Origin: a bacterium
GTDB taxonomy: Bacteria > UBA8248 > JACPRG01 > G963555815
Assembly (NCBI GenBank): GCA_965261595.1
Contig: CBDHDG010000006.1
Location: 896,001 to 960,000, forward strand
Direction of reading: 5' to 3'
Length of the DNA stretch: 64,000 nucleotides
Shown: in pieces, positions 24,436-34,811 of the stretch
How the letters are laid out: each line of letters opens with the position of its first letter
How positions within the stretch are numbered: the stretch's first letter is position 1
Notes under the pieces: generated by a model
What the model saw: the letters and a program-made list of their open reading frames with translations, nothing else
Databases searched by the model: none
Told to the model about the DNA's origin: nothing
Translations under genes and position numbers: made by a program

Positions 24436-24481
24436 GCCCCCGGGACGATGGTCGGAAAACCGCCGTCCCGGGGGCTTTTTT
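24436..24481 (+). terminator. Rho-independent terminator after the permease
   Basis: GCCCCCGGGACG...CGTCCCGGGGGC followed by T6. Confidence 0.7.
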
Positions 24482-24677
24482 CGATGGGATTCCCGAAATG
24501 CCTGGATTCTCCGGGCGGGAGCGTGGGCGTGAATCCCACGCCGCGCAGGGGTTTCTTGACTCGCGCCCGGCGGGGTGGCAAGATCGAAGGCTCCCAAAGA
24601 CGGGCGAAATCCAAAACCCCTTGAGGGGCGCGCCGGAATTTCGGCCGGCCATCCGATTCGGCATTCAGAGGAGCATC

Positions 24678-26126
24678 ATGAACCCAGTCGCCACTTACAC
24701 CCCGGATCTTCGGGGATTCATCGAGTACCTGGAGGAAAAGCATCCCGATCAGGTGATCCGGATCACAAAGGAGGTGGACCCCCGCTTCGGCGTGACGGGC
24801 ATCATCGACCGCCTGGAAAGGGAAAACCAGTTTCCTCTGGTCATCTTCGAGAACGTGAAGGGCTCCAAGATCCCGCTCATCGCCAACATGCACGCCGACT
24901 TCAAGCGGCTGCGCCTTTCCCTCGGGATGGAAGAGGGCTCGGTCAAGGATTTCCTCACCGAGTACCACAAACGCGAGTCAAGCCCCATCGCCCCGGAGAT
25001 GGTCGAGACCGGCCCCGTCAAAGAGGTCATCAAGATCGGCGACGAGGTGGACGTCAATGAGCTGCCCATCTGCACCTATCACGAAAAGGACGCCGGCAAG
25101 TACATCACAGCGGGGTTGGACCTGATGCGGGACCCGGATACGGGCGTCAACAACATCGGCATCTACCGCTTGATGGTGAAAGACCGCAACAGCTTCGGCA
25201 TCCAACTCTCAGAGACGGCCCACGGCAACTACATCTGGAAAACGTATGAGAAGCGGGGGCTCCCCTGCCCGATGGCGGTCATCATCGGGCACCATCCCGC
25301 ATTCTTTCTGGGGACGCTGAGCTTCACGCCGCTGCAGACGGACGAGATCAACATCGCCGGGGGCATCCTGGAGCGGGCCGTCCAGATGGTGAAGTGCGAA
25401 ACCATCCCCCTGGAAGTGCCGGCCGACGCGGAAATCGTCCTGGAGTGCGAGATCCTTCCGCACATCCGCGAGGAAGAGGCCCCCTTCGGCGAATACCCCG
25501 GGACGTACGGTCCCATGCGGATGAACCCGGTGGTCAAGGTCAAGGCCATCACCCACCGGAAGGACCCGCTGTATCAGAACGCCTTCGTCGGCCATCCCGA
25601 CAATCTCCTCCTGTCCGGGCTCATCCGATCGACGTTCATCGAGGACACGGTGAAGATCGCCTGTCCGACCGTGAAGGGGGTTCACATGCCCCGGGCGGGG
25701 CGCTTTCGCTTCATCTGCTACATCGCCATTGAAACGATGATTGAAGGCGAGGCCAAGCAGGCGGCCATGGCGGCCTTCGTGGCCGACCCGTTCCTGAAGT
25801 TCGCCATCGTCGTGGACCATGACGTGGACATCACCAACGACACCGAAGTCCTGCACGCCATCGGGAACCGGGTGCGGGGGGACCGCGACATCTTCATGAT
25901 CACGTACGCGAAGGGATCGCCGCTCGACCCGGCCTCCTACGACCCGGCGGGAGGCTCCCACCTGGTCACCAAGGTGGGGATCGACGCGACCCGGAAATCC
26001 AACTACCCGGACGAGATCTCCGTGCCGGGCGTGGACGAGATCAATCTGGCGGATTACATCGACGGCTGGCAATCCTCGGGCGAAGTCCGAAGGGGGCTGT
26101 ACGGAACCGGTGTGGATTTGCCTTAA
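24678..26126 (+). CDS. UbiD-family (prFMN-dependent) decarboxylase
   Basis: DLRGFIEYLE, NIGIYRL, VPADAEIVLE, EAPFGEYPG, VVDHDVDI, KVGIDAT; RBS GAGGAG. Confidence 0.9.
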   Translation: MNPVATYTPDLRGFIEYLEEKHPDQVIRITKEVDPRFGVTGIIDRLERENQFPLVIFENVKGSKIPLIANMHADFKRLRLSLGMEEGSVKDFLTEYHKRESSPIAPEMVETGPVKEVIKIGDEVDVNELPICTYHEKDAGKYITAGLDLMRDPDTGVNNIGIYRLMVKDRNSFGIQLSETAHGNYIWKTYEKRGLPCPMAVIIGHHPAFFLGTLSFTPLQTDEINIAGGILERAVQMVKCETIPLEVPADAEIVLECEILPHIREEEAPFGEYPGTYGPMRMNPVVKVKAITHRKDPLYQNAFVGHPDNLLLSGLIRSTFIEDTVKIACPTVKGVHMPRAGRFRFICYIAIETMIEGEAKQAAMAAFVADPFLKFAIVVDHDVDITNDTEVLHAIGNRVRGDRDIFMITYAKGSPLDPASYDPAGGSHLVTKVGIDATRKSNYPDEISVPGVDEINLADYIDGWQSSGEVRRGLYGTGVDLP

Positions 26127-26161
26127 GACCGGCGCTCTTTAATCGAGAGGGAGAATTCGAA

Positions 26162-27028
26162 GTGAGAAACTTCGAGTGGCTGGAGCCGACAAGCGTGGCC
26201 GAGGCCGGGCGAATGGTCACGGAAAACGGGGAGGGGGCGAAGATCATGGCCTCGGGAACCTCGCTCCTTCTCCTCATGCGCCAGCGGATTTTCAGCCCGA
26301 CGCACGTGGTGAGCCTGGGCGCGGTCGACGGCCTGGATTACATCCGGTTCGACGGCGGCGACCTGCGGATCGGCGCGCGCACGAAACACCGGAGCATCGA
26401 GCATGACCCGGAAATCGCGGCGCAATTCCCCATGATCGCCGAAATGGCCCGCCGCGTGGCCAACCCGCAAATCCGAAACATGGCGACCATCGGCGGAAAC
26501 CTGGTCCACAACGATCCGGCCTCCGACCCGCCAGCCTGCTTTCTGGCCATGGACGCGACCGTTGCGGCCGTGCGCGAGGATCAGGAGCGCGAAATACCGC
26601 TGGAAGAGCTCTTCGTCGACTTCTACGAGACCTCCCTGGAGCCGGGGGAAGTGCTGACGGAAATCCGGATCCCGGCCCTGTCGGCGGATTCCGTGGGCGT
26701 CTACACCCGGTTCACCACCACCCCGGCCGAAGACCGGCCGCTTCTGGGCGTGGGGATGGTCCTGACCCTGGACAAAGACGGAACGTGCACCGACGCACGG
26801 ATCTCGTTGGGGGCCTCCACCCCGATTCCTGTCCGGGCCCGGGCGGCGGAAGAAGCCCTGAAGGGCCAACCGGCGACGGAGGAGGTTTTCGCCAAAGCGG
26901 GGCTGGCCGCTTCTGAAGAAATCACGCCGCTGGATGATTTTCGGGGCTCCGCGGATTACCGGCGGGAGATCATCAAGGTTATCGTCAGGCGAACAGCGAT
27001 GCGGGCGCTCGAGCGCGCCCGGGGATAA
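26162..27028 (+). CDS. xanthine dehydrogenase/CoxM-type FAD-binding subunit
   Basis: ASGTSL, QIRNMATIGGN, DPASD, DFRGSADYRR. Confidence 0.9.
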   Translation: MRNFEWLEPTSVAEAGRMVTENGEGAKIMASGTSLLLLMRQRIFSPTHVVSLGAVDGLDYIRFDGGDLRIGARTKHRSIEHDPEIAAQFPMIAEMARRVANPQIRNMATIGGNLVHNDPASDPPACFLAMDATVAAVREDQEREIPLEELFVDFYETSLEPGEVLTEIRIPALSADSVGVYTRFTTTPAEDRPLLGVGMVLTLDKDGTCTDARISLGASTPIPVRARAAEEALKGQPATEEVFAKAGLAASEEITPLDDFRGSADYRREIIKVIVRRTAMRALERARG

Positions 27029-27042
27029 GGAAGGATCGGGAC

Positions 27043-27534
27043 GTGAAAAAACGACTGATCACGCTTCGCGTCAACGGTGAAGAGCACGAAATCGCGGTCG
27101 AGCCCCGTCGCCTGCTGGTGGAAGCCATCCGGGACGACCTGGGATTGACCGGGACGAAGCGCGGGTGCGAATCCGGGGTCTGCGGGTGCTGCACCATCCT
27201 TCTGGACGGCCACAACATCAAGGCCTGCCTCATACTGGCCGTTCAGGTGCAAGAGGACTCCGAGGTGACGACCATCGAGGGGCTGCGCGGCGATGAAGGC
27301 GGCCTGCACCCCATCCAGGAGGCGTATGTGAATTACGGCGCCCTTCAGTGCGGCTATTGCACGCCGGGGTTCATCATGACGACCAAGGCCTTTCTGGATG
27401 AGAATCCCAAACCCACCGAAGCGGAAATCCGCGAGGGCCTGGGGGGCAACATCTGCCGTTGCACGGGTTACGTGAAGATTGTGGAGGCCATCCAGGCCGC
27501 CTCCGGACAAGAGGTGTCCCACGCACATCCTTGA
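27043..27534 (+). CDS. CoxS-type [2Fe-2S] subunit
   Basis: GCESGVCGCCT, QCGYCTPG, GNICRCTGY. Confidence 0.92.
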   Translation: MKKRLITLRVNGEEHEIAVEPRRLLVEAIRDDLGLTGTKRGCESGVCGCCTILLDGHNIKACLILAVQVQEDSEVTTIEGLRGDEGGLHPIQEAYVNYGALQCGYCTPGFIMTTKAFLDENPKPTEAEIREGLGGNICRCTGYVKIVEAIQAASGQEVSHAHP

Positions 27535-27583
27535 GGACCCCGACCGAAGGATTCAACGTCGGCCACGCCCGCGGTTGTTCACG

Positions 27584-27619
27584 AAGGAGACCTCCTTATC
27601 TACGGGGTCTCCTTTTTTT
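27584..27619 (+). terminator. Rho-independent terminator after the CoxS-like gene
   Basis: AAGGAGACC...GGTCTCCTT followed by T-tract. Confidence 0.6.
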
Positions 27620-27635
27620 CTGACGGAGAAGTCCT

Positions 27636-28415
27636 ATCCGACTGACGATCCTGGGTTCCTATGGCGGCACGACCGATCGGTGCCTGCCGACCTCCTTCCT
27701 GCTGAATGAGACCCTCCTCCTGGACGCCGGCTCGGCCGCCGCCGCGCTCTCGCTCGACGCGCAATCCGCCATCGGGGACGTCCTGCTCTCTCACGCCCAC
27801 ATCGATCACGTGGCGGGCCTCTGCTCCCTGCTGGACAACACCTTCGGGCAACGCGCGGAACCCCTCCGCGTATGGTGCCTGGATGAGACGGCGGAGGCCC
27901 TGGAGTCTCACCTGTTCAACGACAAACTCTGGCCGAATCTGGTCGCGGGCTCATCCGGGGGTTCGCCGGTGATCGAGCTCCGTCGGATCGCCCCGGGCGA
28001 AACTTTCCGCCTCCCCCAGAGCGGCGTGACGTTCGACGTCACCCCCTATCCGGTCAACCATACCGTTCCGACCGCCGGGTTCATCCTCCGGGCGCCGGAA
28101 GGCGGCCTCCTGTTCACCGCCGACACCGGACCGACGGAGGCCATCTGGGAGGCCGCCGGGGACGGGGGCGAGCTTCGGTGCATCATCACCGAAACCTCCT
28201 TTCCGGATGAGCTGGGGGAAGTCGCCCGTTTGTCCGGCCATCTGACGCCCGCCCTGCTCCAGGCGGAGCTCCGGAAGATGCCGCCCGAGGTTCCGGTCTT
28301 TCTGTATCACGCCAAGCCGGCCCACCTGGAGACCCTCCTCAGACAGGTCCACGCCCTGGGAGAGCCCAGGGTCCGCTGGCTCGAACAGGGAGAGACGTAT
28401 CACTTCGGCCGTTGA
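27636..28415 (+). CDS. metallo-beta-lactamase-fold 3',5'-cyclic nucleotide phosphodiesterase (class II-like), non-ATG start
   Basis: Frame reads (M)RLTILGSYGG...LLDAG...SHAHIDH...VNHTVP...FTADTG...SGHLTP...YHAKP; upstream in-frame TGA at 27621; GGAG RBS precedes ATC 27636. Confidence 0.8.
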   Translation: MRLTILGSYGGTTDRCLPTSFLLNETLLLDAGSAAAALSLDAQSAIGDVLLSHAHIDHVAGLCSLLDNTFGQRAEPLRVWCLDETAEALESHLFNDKLWPNLVAGSSGGSPVIELRRIAPGETFRLPQSGVTFDVTPYPVNHTVPTAGFILRAPEGGLLFTADTGPTEAIWEAAGDGGELRCIITETSFPDELGEVARLSGHLTPALLQAELRKMPPEVPVFLYHAKPAHLETLLRQVHALGEPRVRWLEQGETYHFGR

Positions 28416-28485
28416 ACGGCTGTCGGCCCGGCTCCGACAACTTCCGCCCGTCCAACCGTCAGCGAACGCGGGATCCTGGCACACA

Positions 28486-29133
28486 ATGGCTTCAACCGAA
28501 AAGGACGACACGGTGAGCGAACCCGCCCGGTTCACGGAAGATGAGCTCGCCCTCATCGCGGACAAGGAGTTTTTCCGGAGAAAGCTCGAGGTCAGCGGGA
28601 AGATCCGGGCGGGCTTTACTGAGCTGCGAAGTGATCTGCTGGACCATATGAAGCCGGAGCGGTATCTCGCCCCCCAAGGCGTGGATTTCACCGAGGGGAA
28701 GTTGAGCGGAGGCGAGAAACATTACGATCTCCCTTACCTCTTCCTGGATTTCCCGCGCCGGTTCTCAAAGGAGTTCATATTCGCCTACCGGTCGATATTC
28801 TGGTGGGGACACCATTTTCTGTTCACCCTGATCCTCTCGGGGGAGCATCTCTCCGAATATCAGAGTCGGGCCTTCGCCGGTTGGGACGGCCTGGCGGCGC
28901 GCGAAGACTGGATCGCCGTCACCCCGGATCCCTTTGAGTGGCGGCGGGGGGAGGAGTTCTTCCGGCGCATCCGGCCCGGCGGACCGGGCGACCTCGAGGA
29001 TGTTCTCCGGCAGCTCCCTTTCCTCAAGCTGATCCACTTCGTCCCGTTCGACGACCCCCGGGTCAAGGACGGCCGATGGGTCCGGACCGGGCTTGAGACC
29101 TTCCGGGACTGGGAGTTCGTGATTTCCCGCTGA
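28486..29133 (+). CDS. hypothetical protein
   Basis: 215-aa ORF with native codon style; KLSGGEKHYDLPYLFLDFPRRF and YRSIFWWG look like conserved blocks. Confidence 0.7.
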   Translation: MASTEKDDTVSEPARFTEDELALIADKEFFRRKLEVSGKIRAGFTELRSDLLDHMKPERYLAPQGVDFTEGKLSGGEKHYDLPYLFLDFPRRFSKEFIFAYRSIFWWGHHFLFTLILSGEHLSEYQSRAFAGWDGLAAREDWIAVTPDPFEWRRGEEFFRRIRPGGPGDLEDVLRQLPFLKLIHFVPFDDPRVKDGRWVRTGLETFRDWEFVISR

Positions 29134-29228
29134 TGGCGGATGCCCGATCCCATCACGCGCGTGAGCCATCCCCACGCGGAAGCCGGGGTAGGATAAGGTG
29201 GGGCGGGAGAAAGTCGGCCGGCGGACAC

Positions 29229-29261
29229 AAAAAACCTCCCGTCCTCAGAGAACGGGAGGTT
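29229..29261 (-). terminator. Rho-independent terminator after the ferredoxin
   Basis: Minus strand AACCTCCCGT-TCTCTGAGG-ACGGGAGGTT TTTT. Confidence 0.7.
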
Positions 29262-29283
29262 GGATTCGATTTTGCGCCGGGAT

Positions 29284-29586
29284 TCAGGTCCGGAACCGCG
29301 ACAGGTCCGGCGTCAGGTCCGCCAAGTCCGGAACGTCCTTGTCCGGATGGATTGCTTTGGCGCGGCCCAACAAGAGCTCTTCCGTCTCCTCGTTATTGGG
29401 GTCCGCAACGCAGCAATCGACCGGGCAGACGACGGCGCACTGCTCTTCGTCGTGGAACCCCACGCACTCCGTGCACGTGTTGGGATCGATGACGAAAATG
29501 TCTTCCCCTTCGGTGATGGCTTCGTTGGGGCATTCAGGCTCGCACACCCCGCAATTGATGCATTCATCCGTGATCATGGTTGCCAT
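29284..29586 (-). CDS. YfhL-family 2x[4Fe-4S] ferredoxin
   Basis: ITDECINCGVCEPECPN and CTECVGFHDEEQCAVVCPVDC. Confidence 0.92.
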   Translation of the reverse strand: MATMITDECINCGVCEPECPNEAITEGEDIFVIDPNTCTECVGFHDEEQCAVVCPVDCCVADPNNEETEELLLGRAKAIHPDKDVPDLADLTPDLSRFRT

Positions 29587-29809
29587 ACAAGTTTCTCCCG
29601 CTTTGATTCGGAATTTACACACAGCGCGATCCAAAAAGACTCGCCCCTCTGGCGCCAGTGTCCTTTGAACCGCAACTTTCAACCCCTGCCGCCGTGTCAA
29701 ACGGCGGATGGGCATTCCCTCACTTTATCGGCGGCGCCCACGGGATTCGTTATAACGAATTCGGGCATCCCCCCCCCCTCGCCACGCCCCTCCGGATCCC
29801 GTTCCTCCT

Positions 29810-30817
29810 TCAAGGCCCTCCGGACGACCCGGCCGCCTTCAGTTTGTTTTCTTCACGCAGGCCGATGGCGTGGTCGATGACGGACCGTAAAATCTCATCC
29901 AACTGGATTTGCGCCTCCCAGCCGATGATGTTCTTGATCTTCGTCGTGTCCGGCACCCGCCGCCTCATGTCCTCGAAGCCTTGGCCGTACGCCTGCTCGT
30001 AGGGGATGATTTGGATCTCCGAGTCGCTTCCGGTCATCTCCTTCACGCGGCGCGCCAGTTCTACAATGCTGATCTCCACGGGATTGCCGATGTTGAAGAC
30101 CTGCCCCGGCGCGTCCGGGTGGTCCATCAACCCCACCAGGGCGCGGACAACGTCGGCAATGTGGCCGAAGCAGCGGCTTTGCGCGCCGTCGCCGAACACC
30201 CGGATCGGCTCACCCGCGAGGGCCGACTCGACGAAGTTCGGGATCACCATCCCATACGCGGCCGACTGGCGGGGTCCGACGGTGTTGAACAAACGCACGA
30301 TGACGACGGGAAGCTGGTATTCGTTCCAGTACGCAAGGGCCAGGGACTCATCCAGGGTCTTGGTGTTGGCGTAGGCCCAGCGGTGTTTCATGACGGAGCC
30401 CATCACCCGGTCATCGTCCTCTTTCAGCGGACCGGCGCTGTTCTTGCCGTAGACCTCCGAGGTCGACGCGATCAGGAGTTTTTTCTGATGCCGGTGGGCG
30501 GTCTTGAGAACCACCTCGGTTCCCCCGACGTTCGTCTCGATGGTCTCGACGGGCTTCTCCATGACCAGCTTGACGCCGACCGCCGCGGCCAGGTGGTAGA
30601 CCTCATCGGCCCCGCTCACGAGAGGGTCCGTCACGCCCGCATCGGTCAAGGAGCCTTCCACGAGCTCCAGATTCGGGTTATCGAACAAATGCTCGATGTT
30701 CCCGGCCTCCCCCGTGGAGAGGTTGTCCAGGATAGTGACCCGGTCCCCCCGGGCCAGGAGCGCTTCTGTCAGATGAGAGCCGATAAAGCCGGCCCCCCCG
30801 GTCACCAAAATATGCAT
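29810..30817 (-). CDS. NAD-dependent nucleotide-sugar epimerase/dehydratase
   Basis: LVTGGAGFIGS, HLAAAVGV, ASTSEVYG, YANTK, RLFNTVGPRQ. Confidence 0.92.
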   Translation of the reverse strand: MHILVTGGAGFIGSHLTEALLARGDRVTILDNLSTGEAGNIEHLFDNPNLELVEGSLTDAGVTDPLVSGADEVYHLAAAVGVKLVMEKPVETIETNVGGTEVVLKTAHRHQKKLLIASTSEVYGKNSAGPLKEDDDRVMGSVMKHRWAYANTKTLDESLALAYWNEYQLPVVIVRLFNTVGPRQSAAYGMVIPNFVESALAGEPIRVFGDGAQSRCFGHIADVVRALVGLMDHPDAPGQVFNIGNPVEISIVELARRVKEMTGSDSEIQIIPYEQAYGQGFEDMRRRVPDTTKIKNIIGWEAQIQLDEILRSVIDHAIGLREENKLKAAGSSGGP

Positions 30818-30898
30818 GAAGCCGATCTCCGGAAACAAGATGAGGGCGGGACCCCGTCCGCTGTCCCATATCCAACCCGCACGTATTCTAGAATTCTC

Positions 30899-32164
30899 TC
30901 AGCCGTCCGGCAAGCCCCAATCCTGTTGATACAAGGCCGAAAGGTCCGCCACGAGGCGCTCCACGCCGAAACGGGCCTCCACATACCGCTTTCCCGCCCG
31001 AGAGCGGATCCGGGCGCCTTCCGGGTCGTCTCGAACCAACCGGAGGGCCTCGGCCAGGGCCGCCGGATCGCGCGGCGGAATCATCAACCCCCGCTCGGCC
31101 GCCTCCCACCCTCCGGCGGGAAGTCCCCCCCCCCCCCCCTCCCCTTTCCCGCGCCGGCCCAGGAGGTCCCCGACACCGCCCACGGCCGTGGCCACGACCG
31201 GCCGGGACGCCGCCAGGGCCTCGATCAGCGAGACCGGCGTCCCCTCGTTCAGGGAACAGAGGACCACGGCGTCGAGGCCGCGATAGACACCGGGGAGATC
31301 GAACCTCCAGCCGGCGAAATGCGACCGGCCGGCCGGAAGGATGTCTTTCGCCAGGCCCTCGAGCTCCTCTCTGCGCTCCCCGTCGCCCACAACCGCCAGG
31401 TGCGCGTCCAGCTCACCTTCAATCAGCAGCTTGACGGCCTCGAAGAGGGTTTCGTGATCCTTCACGGGGACCAGGCGGCCGACGATCCCGACCGCGAAGG
31501 CCCCGTGCGGAATCCCCACCGAATCGCGGAAATCGCCGCCCGCGCCCTCCTCCACGGCGGCGAACTCCGCCAGCTCCAGGCCGAGAGGGACGACGGTGAT
31601 CTTCCCGGCAGGCGCGACACCCAGGCCGGCAATCTCGTCCCGGAGGCCCTCGCTGAGGGTGATCAGCCGCGTCGTGAACCGGGCGAGGACGCGCTCCATC
31701 CACCGGAAGACCAGGCTTTTCAGCGGACCGAAGTACCCGCGGAGGACGTGGCCGTGAAAGGTGTGAAAGACCTTCATCCGTCTGCCGCCCGGGGTCGTCC
31801 ACCGGTAGAGCCAACCTGCCGGCCGGCCCAGGGCCCCGGCCTTCGCGGTGTGGGTGTGAAGGATGTCGGGGCGCTCTTTTCTCAGCAGCCGGAAGAGTTT
31901 CCAGAAGGCCACCCAATCGTCCGCGGCCCGGATCTCCCTTCCCAGCTCGGGAAGATAGGCGCACCGCACACCGCGCTTCTCGGCCAGGTCCTCCATCGTC
32001 CCTTCGGCTTCGGCTTCAGCGCCCTTGACAAGGATTGTCCGGAAGGGTCCCTCATTCATCCGCTGGGTCAGATAGATCACATGCCGCGCCGGCCCGCCGA
32101 TATTGAGTCGGGCGATGACGCGGAGGATCTTGAGGGGACGTTTCTCTTGGCCGGAATGGACCAT
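30899..32164 (-). CDS. GT4-family glycosyltransferase
   Basis: IARLNIGGPA, HTHTAKAG, HTFHGH, SLNEGTPVSLIEA. Confidence 0.9.
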   Translation of the reverse strand: MVHSGQEKRPLKILRVIARLNIGGPARHVIYLTQRMNEGPFRTILVKGAEAEAEGTMEDLAEKRGVRCAYLPELGREIRAADDWVAFWKLFRLLRKERPDILHTHTAKAGALGRPAGWLYRWTTPGGRRMKVFHTFHGHVLRGYFGPLKSLVFRWMERVLARFTTRLITLSEGLRDEIAGLGVAPAGKITVVPLGLELAEFAAVEEGAGGDFRDSVGIPHGAFAVGIVGRLVPVKDHETLFEAVKLLIEGELDAHLAVVGDGERREELEGLAKDILPAGRSHFAGWRFDLPGVYRGLDAVVLCSLNEGTPVSLIEALAASRPVVATAVGGVGDLLGRRGKGEGGGGGLPAGGWEAAERGLMIPPRDPAALAEALRLVRDDPEGARIRSRAGKRYVEARFGVERLVADLSALYQQDWGLPDG

Positions 32165-32353
32165 CGGTCTGCGTTCGAAAGTCGGTCGAGGGAAGAAAAT
32201 CCAGAGGGTCGGACAGAATTATTCCGTCGGAGGTAGAACGCCCAACCAAGATGCCGCACGCCAATAGATTATCATCATCACGAACGTAGAAGCCACCCAG
32301 CTCCCGAACGCCCTCTGATTCGCCGATTTCGGAATTTTCCGAAGCCGACCCTC

Positions 32354-32887
32354 TCACATCGGCCGGGCGAGGCTACCGAACAGGCTCATCACGAGGCCGA
32401 AGACGACGAGCTGGATAACGAACCCGATGGCGCAGACGCCGATGGCGCGGCCTGTGCTTTTGTAATCCAGGGCCTGGCGGACGGCGACGACCATGGCGAC
32501 GATCATCCAGATGGAAGCCACGAAGAAGACCACGCCCCGGAGGCCCGGTATGACGCCGAGGACGCGGAGCAGACCGGGCGCGCTGGAAAAGCCCGTGGTC
32601 CGCAGGAGCTCGCCCACGTCGGCCTTCGTCTGGGGCTCGGGCAGCAGGCGCGTCCCGATCCAGTACGTGATGAACGCCCAGACGTACCAGCCCAAAAGCG
32701 CGGCGGCGGTCTGAAGGACGAAACCCCCGATCCCGGCCCGCATCCCCGCGCCGATCCCGGCGGCCAGACTCGCCAGCACCACGACCCCCATCGCCTGGCC
32801 GAGGGTCTGCTTGTCGGCCTCGACCTCCTCATAGAGGCTCACATCGAGCTTTGACGCCCGAACCATCCGCTCCCAAAAAACTGACAT
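32354..32887 (-). CDS. YIP1-family membrane protein
   Basis: LYEEVEAD, LLRTTGFSSAPG, VAVRQALDY; about 5 TM segments. Confidence 0.8.
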   Translation of the reverse strand: MSVFWERMVRASKLDVSLYEEVEADKQTLGQAMGVVVLASLAAGIGAGMRAGIGGFVLQTAAALLGWYVWAFITYWIGTRLLPEPQTKADVGELLRTTGFSSAPGLLRVLGVIPGLRGVVFFVASIWMIVAMVVAVRQALDYKSTGRAIGVCAIGFVIQLVVFGLVMSLFGSLARPM

Positions 32888-32934
32888 GTCGAGATCCTTT
32901 AACCTCCGTGACCAAAACGCCGCCGCCATCGAGG

Positions 32935-34531
32935 CTATCTTACCCCCGGCTCCGGATCAAGAACCTGTGTGGTCCCCGATGAACGCCCGGCCGCGCCGCG
33001 GTTTGACCGACTCCCCTCCGCTCCCGGGGGGCGGGTCAAGTCGACGATGATCCCGTCCCGTCCTTCCTCCAGAAACCGGTAGCGCTTCCGCAGATACCCG
33101 TCAAGCGCGGGGTTCCACCGCTTGAGCCCGGGGGGGGGACCGGTTGACGTAATACCGAACGCCCCGCTTCCGGTAGGACTCCAGCCCGGTTTCATCGATC
33201 TTCGTCCGGTGGCTCACGTACCAGCCTTTGCGGTCGGCGTAGTAGAGCAGATCGGTGTGGTGGTTGTCCTGGACCAGGAGCCGGTCCGCGGAAGAGGTCA
33301 GGGCGTCCACCCGCCGGCTGAGTCGCAGGACGGACAGGTCCGTCCTCAGTCGCTCGCCGACCTTCCAGATGGAATGGACCGGGACGAACAGGAGCAACGC
33401 GGCGACGGCCCACATGAGCGGATCGCGGCCCAGCCGGACTCCCCGCCGCCGCGCTCGCCTCGCCGCCGCGCTCGCCGCCTTTCCCGCGAAGAGACACCCC
33501 ACGGGAATGACGGGGAGCTGATAATACTCGTGGATGTAATTCCCCTTCGCGACAACGAAAAAGTAAAGCAGCACCGCCCCAAGCCACACGTGGAGGAAAT
33601 ACTCTCTCCGGCCCCGAACGGAAAGGCAGATCCCGGCCAGGAAGAGGGGAAAGGCCGCGAAGGCGAACATCTTCTCTCCCAGCCGGGTCAGAAAAATGAG
33701 CCGGTAGAACTTGGGGCGCAGCAGGTATTCGACACCGATGAGCTTGTCGTTCTGGAGCCAGAAGTTCCCTCCGCCGAGAGCCGCCCGCGCCTGCGCGCCC
33801 ATATAGGCGTACCAGAGAAGGGGCGGAACCAGGACGAGAACCAGGAAAAGCCAGAGCCGGCCGTCCCGCACGGCCCTTCCCCCGAGCTTGTCCCGCGCCA
33901 GGAAGGCCAGCGGGAACAGCAAGTATAACGCGGGCGCCTTCACCCCGACGGCCAGGCAGATCCCAAGCGCCGCGAGGGCGTAGTCCCACCCCCTTCCCCC
34001 CCCCTTTTTTTCACCGTCCAGCCACCGGCCGAAGTGGTGCAGGCCCATCACGGAGAAGAAGAGGAGCGAGGATTCGGGCATGAACGTCCGGGTGTAATAG
34101 ACGGCCATCGGCAGGACCGCGAACAGGCCGGCGGCGACCAGGGCGGCCGGCCGGTCCAGATATTTCTTTCCGAGGGCGTACAGATAGGCCAGCGTCCCCA
34201 TCGCGAAGAGCGCCGCCGCCAGCCGTCCCAGCCACTCCTTGACGCCGAGCGCTTGATAGAGGACGGCGACCAGGTAGGGAAAAATCTGAAACTCGAATTC
34301 GAAGTAGGGCGTCAGGTCGTCCAGCCGGGGGGCGAAGATGTTCATCCCGTCGCGGAGGAAATTCCGCGCCACCATGGCGGTGAGGGTCTGCCGCCAGGCG
34401 TGAAAATCCAAAAGCGGATTGAACAGCCCCCACATCCGGAAGGCAAAAGCCGCCGTGAAGATCAGCGCCAGGGCGATGAGCACATTCCGGTTGTCCGTCG
34501 CCCATCCGGAGGTCCCGGCGAAGTCCGACAA
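32935..34531 (-). CDS. GT39/ArnT-like membrane glycosyltransferase; frameshift in the G9 run at 33130-33138
   Basis: HAWRQTLTAMVARNF, YTRTFMPES, HEYYQLP, multi-TM; C-terminus continues in the alternate frame (GLKRWNPALDGYLRKRYRFLEE) to the stop at 32935. Confidence 0.8.
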
Positions 34532-34676
34532 CCGTGCCCCAGGGGTATGGGTTTTGGGTTGAAAGCCCAGTTTCTCTTGCCTCCCAGAGATAAGGACGTG
34601 AAGCCGGAGAAATGACCATAATGTACCACTTCGTGACTCATCCGGGAAAAAATTCGCTCCCTTTCAAGAAAACAGG

Positions 34677-34723
34677 TTGACAAATCGGAAAAGAGGGAGG
34701 ATACTTGAGTGAACGCTTACTCA
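34677..34723 (+). promoter_or_regulatory. tetR promoter and palindromic operator
   Basis: TTGACA(34677)-N17-GATACT followed directly by TGAGTGAACGCTTACTCA (34706-34723). Confidence 0.65.
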
Positions 34724-34811
34724 TATACTGTGGTGGAGGCCTATACAAAGCCGGAAAGTCCCAAGAGACCAAGACAGGATCAGGAAAAGGGACCACCGCA
34801 ACGGGGAGTCT

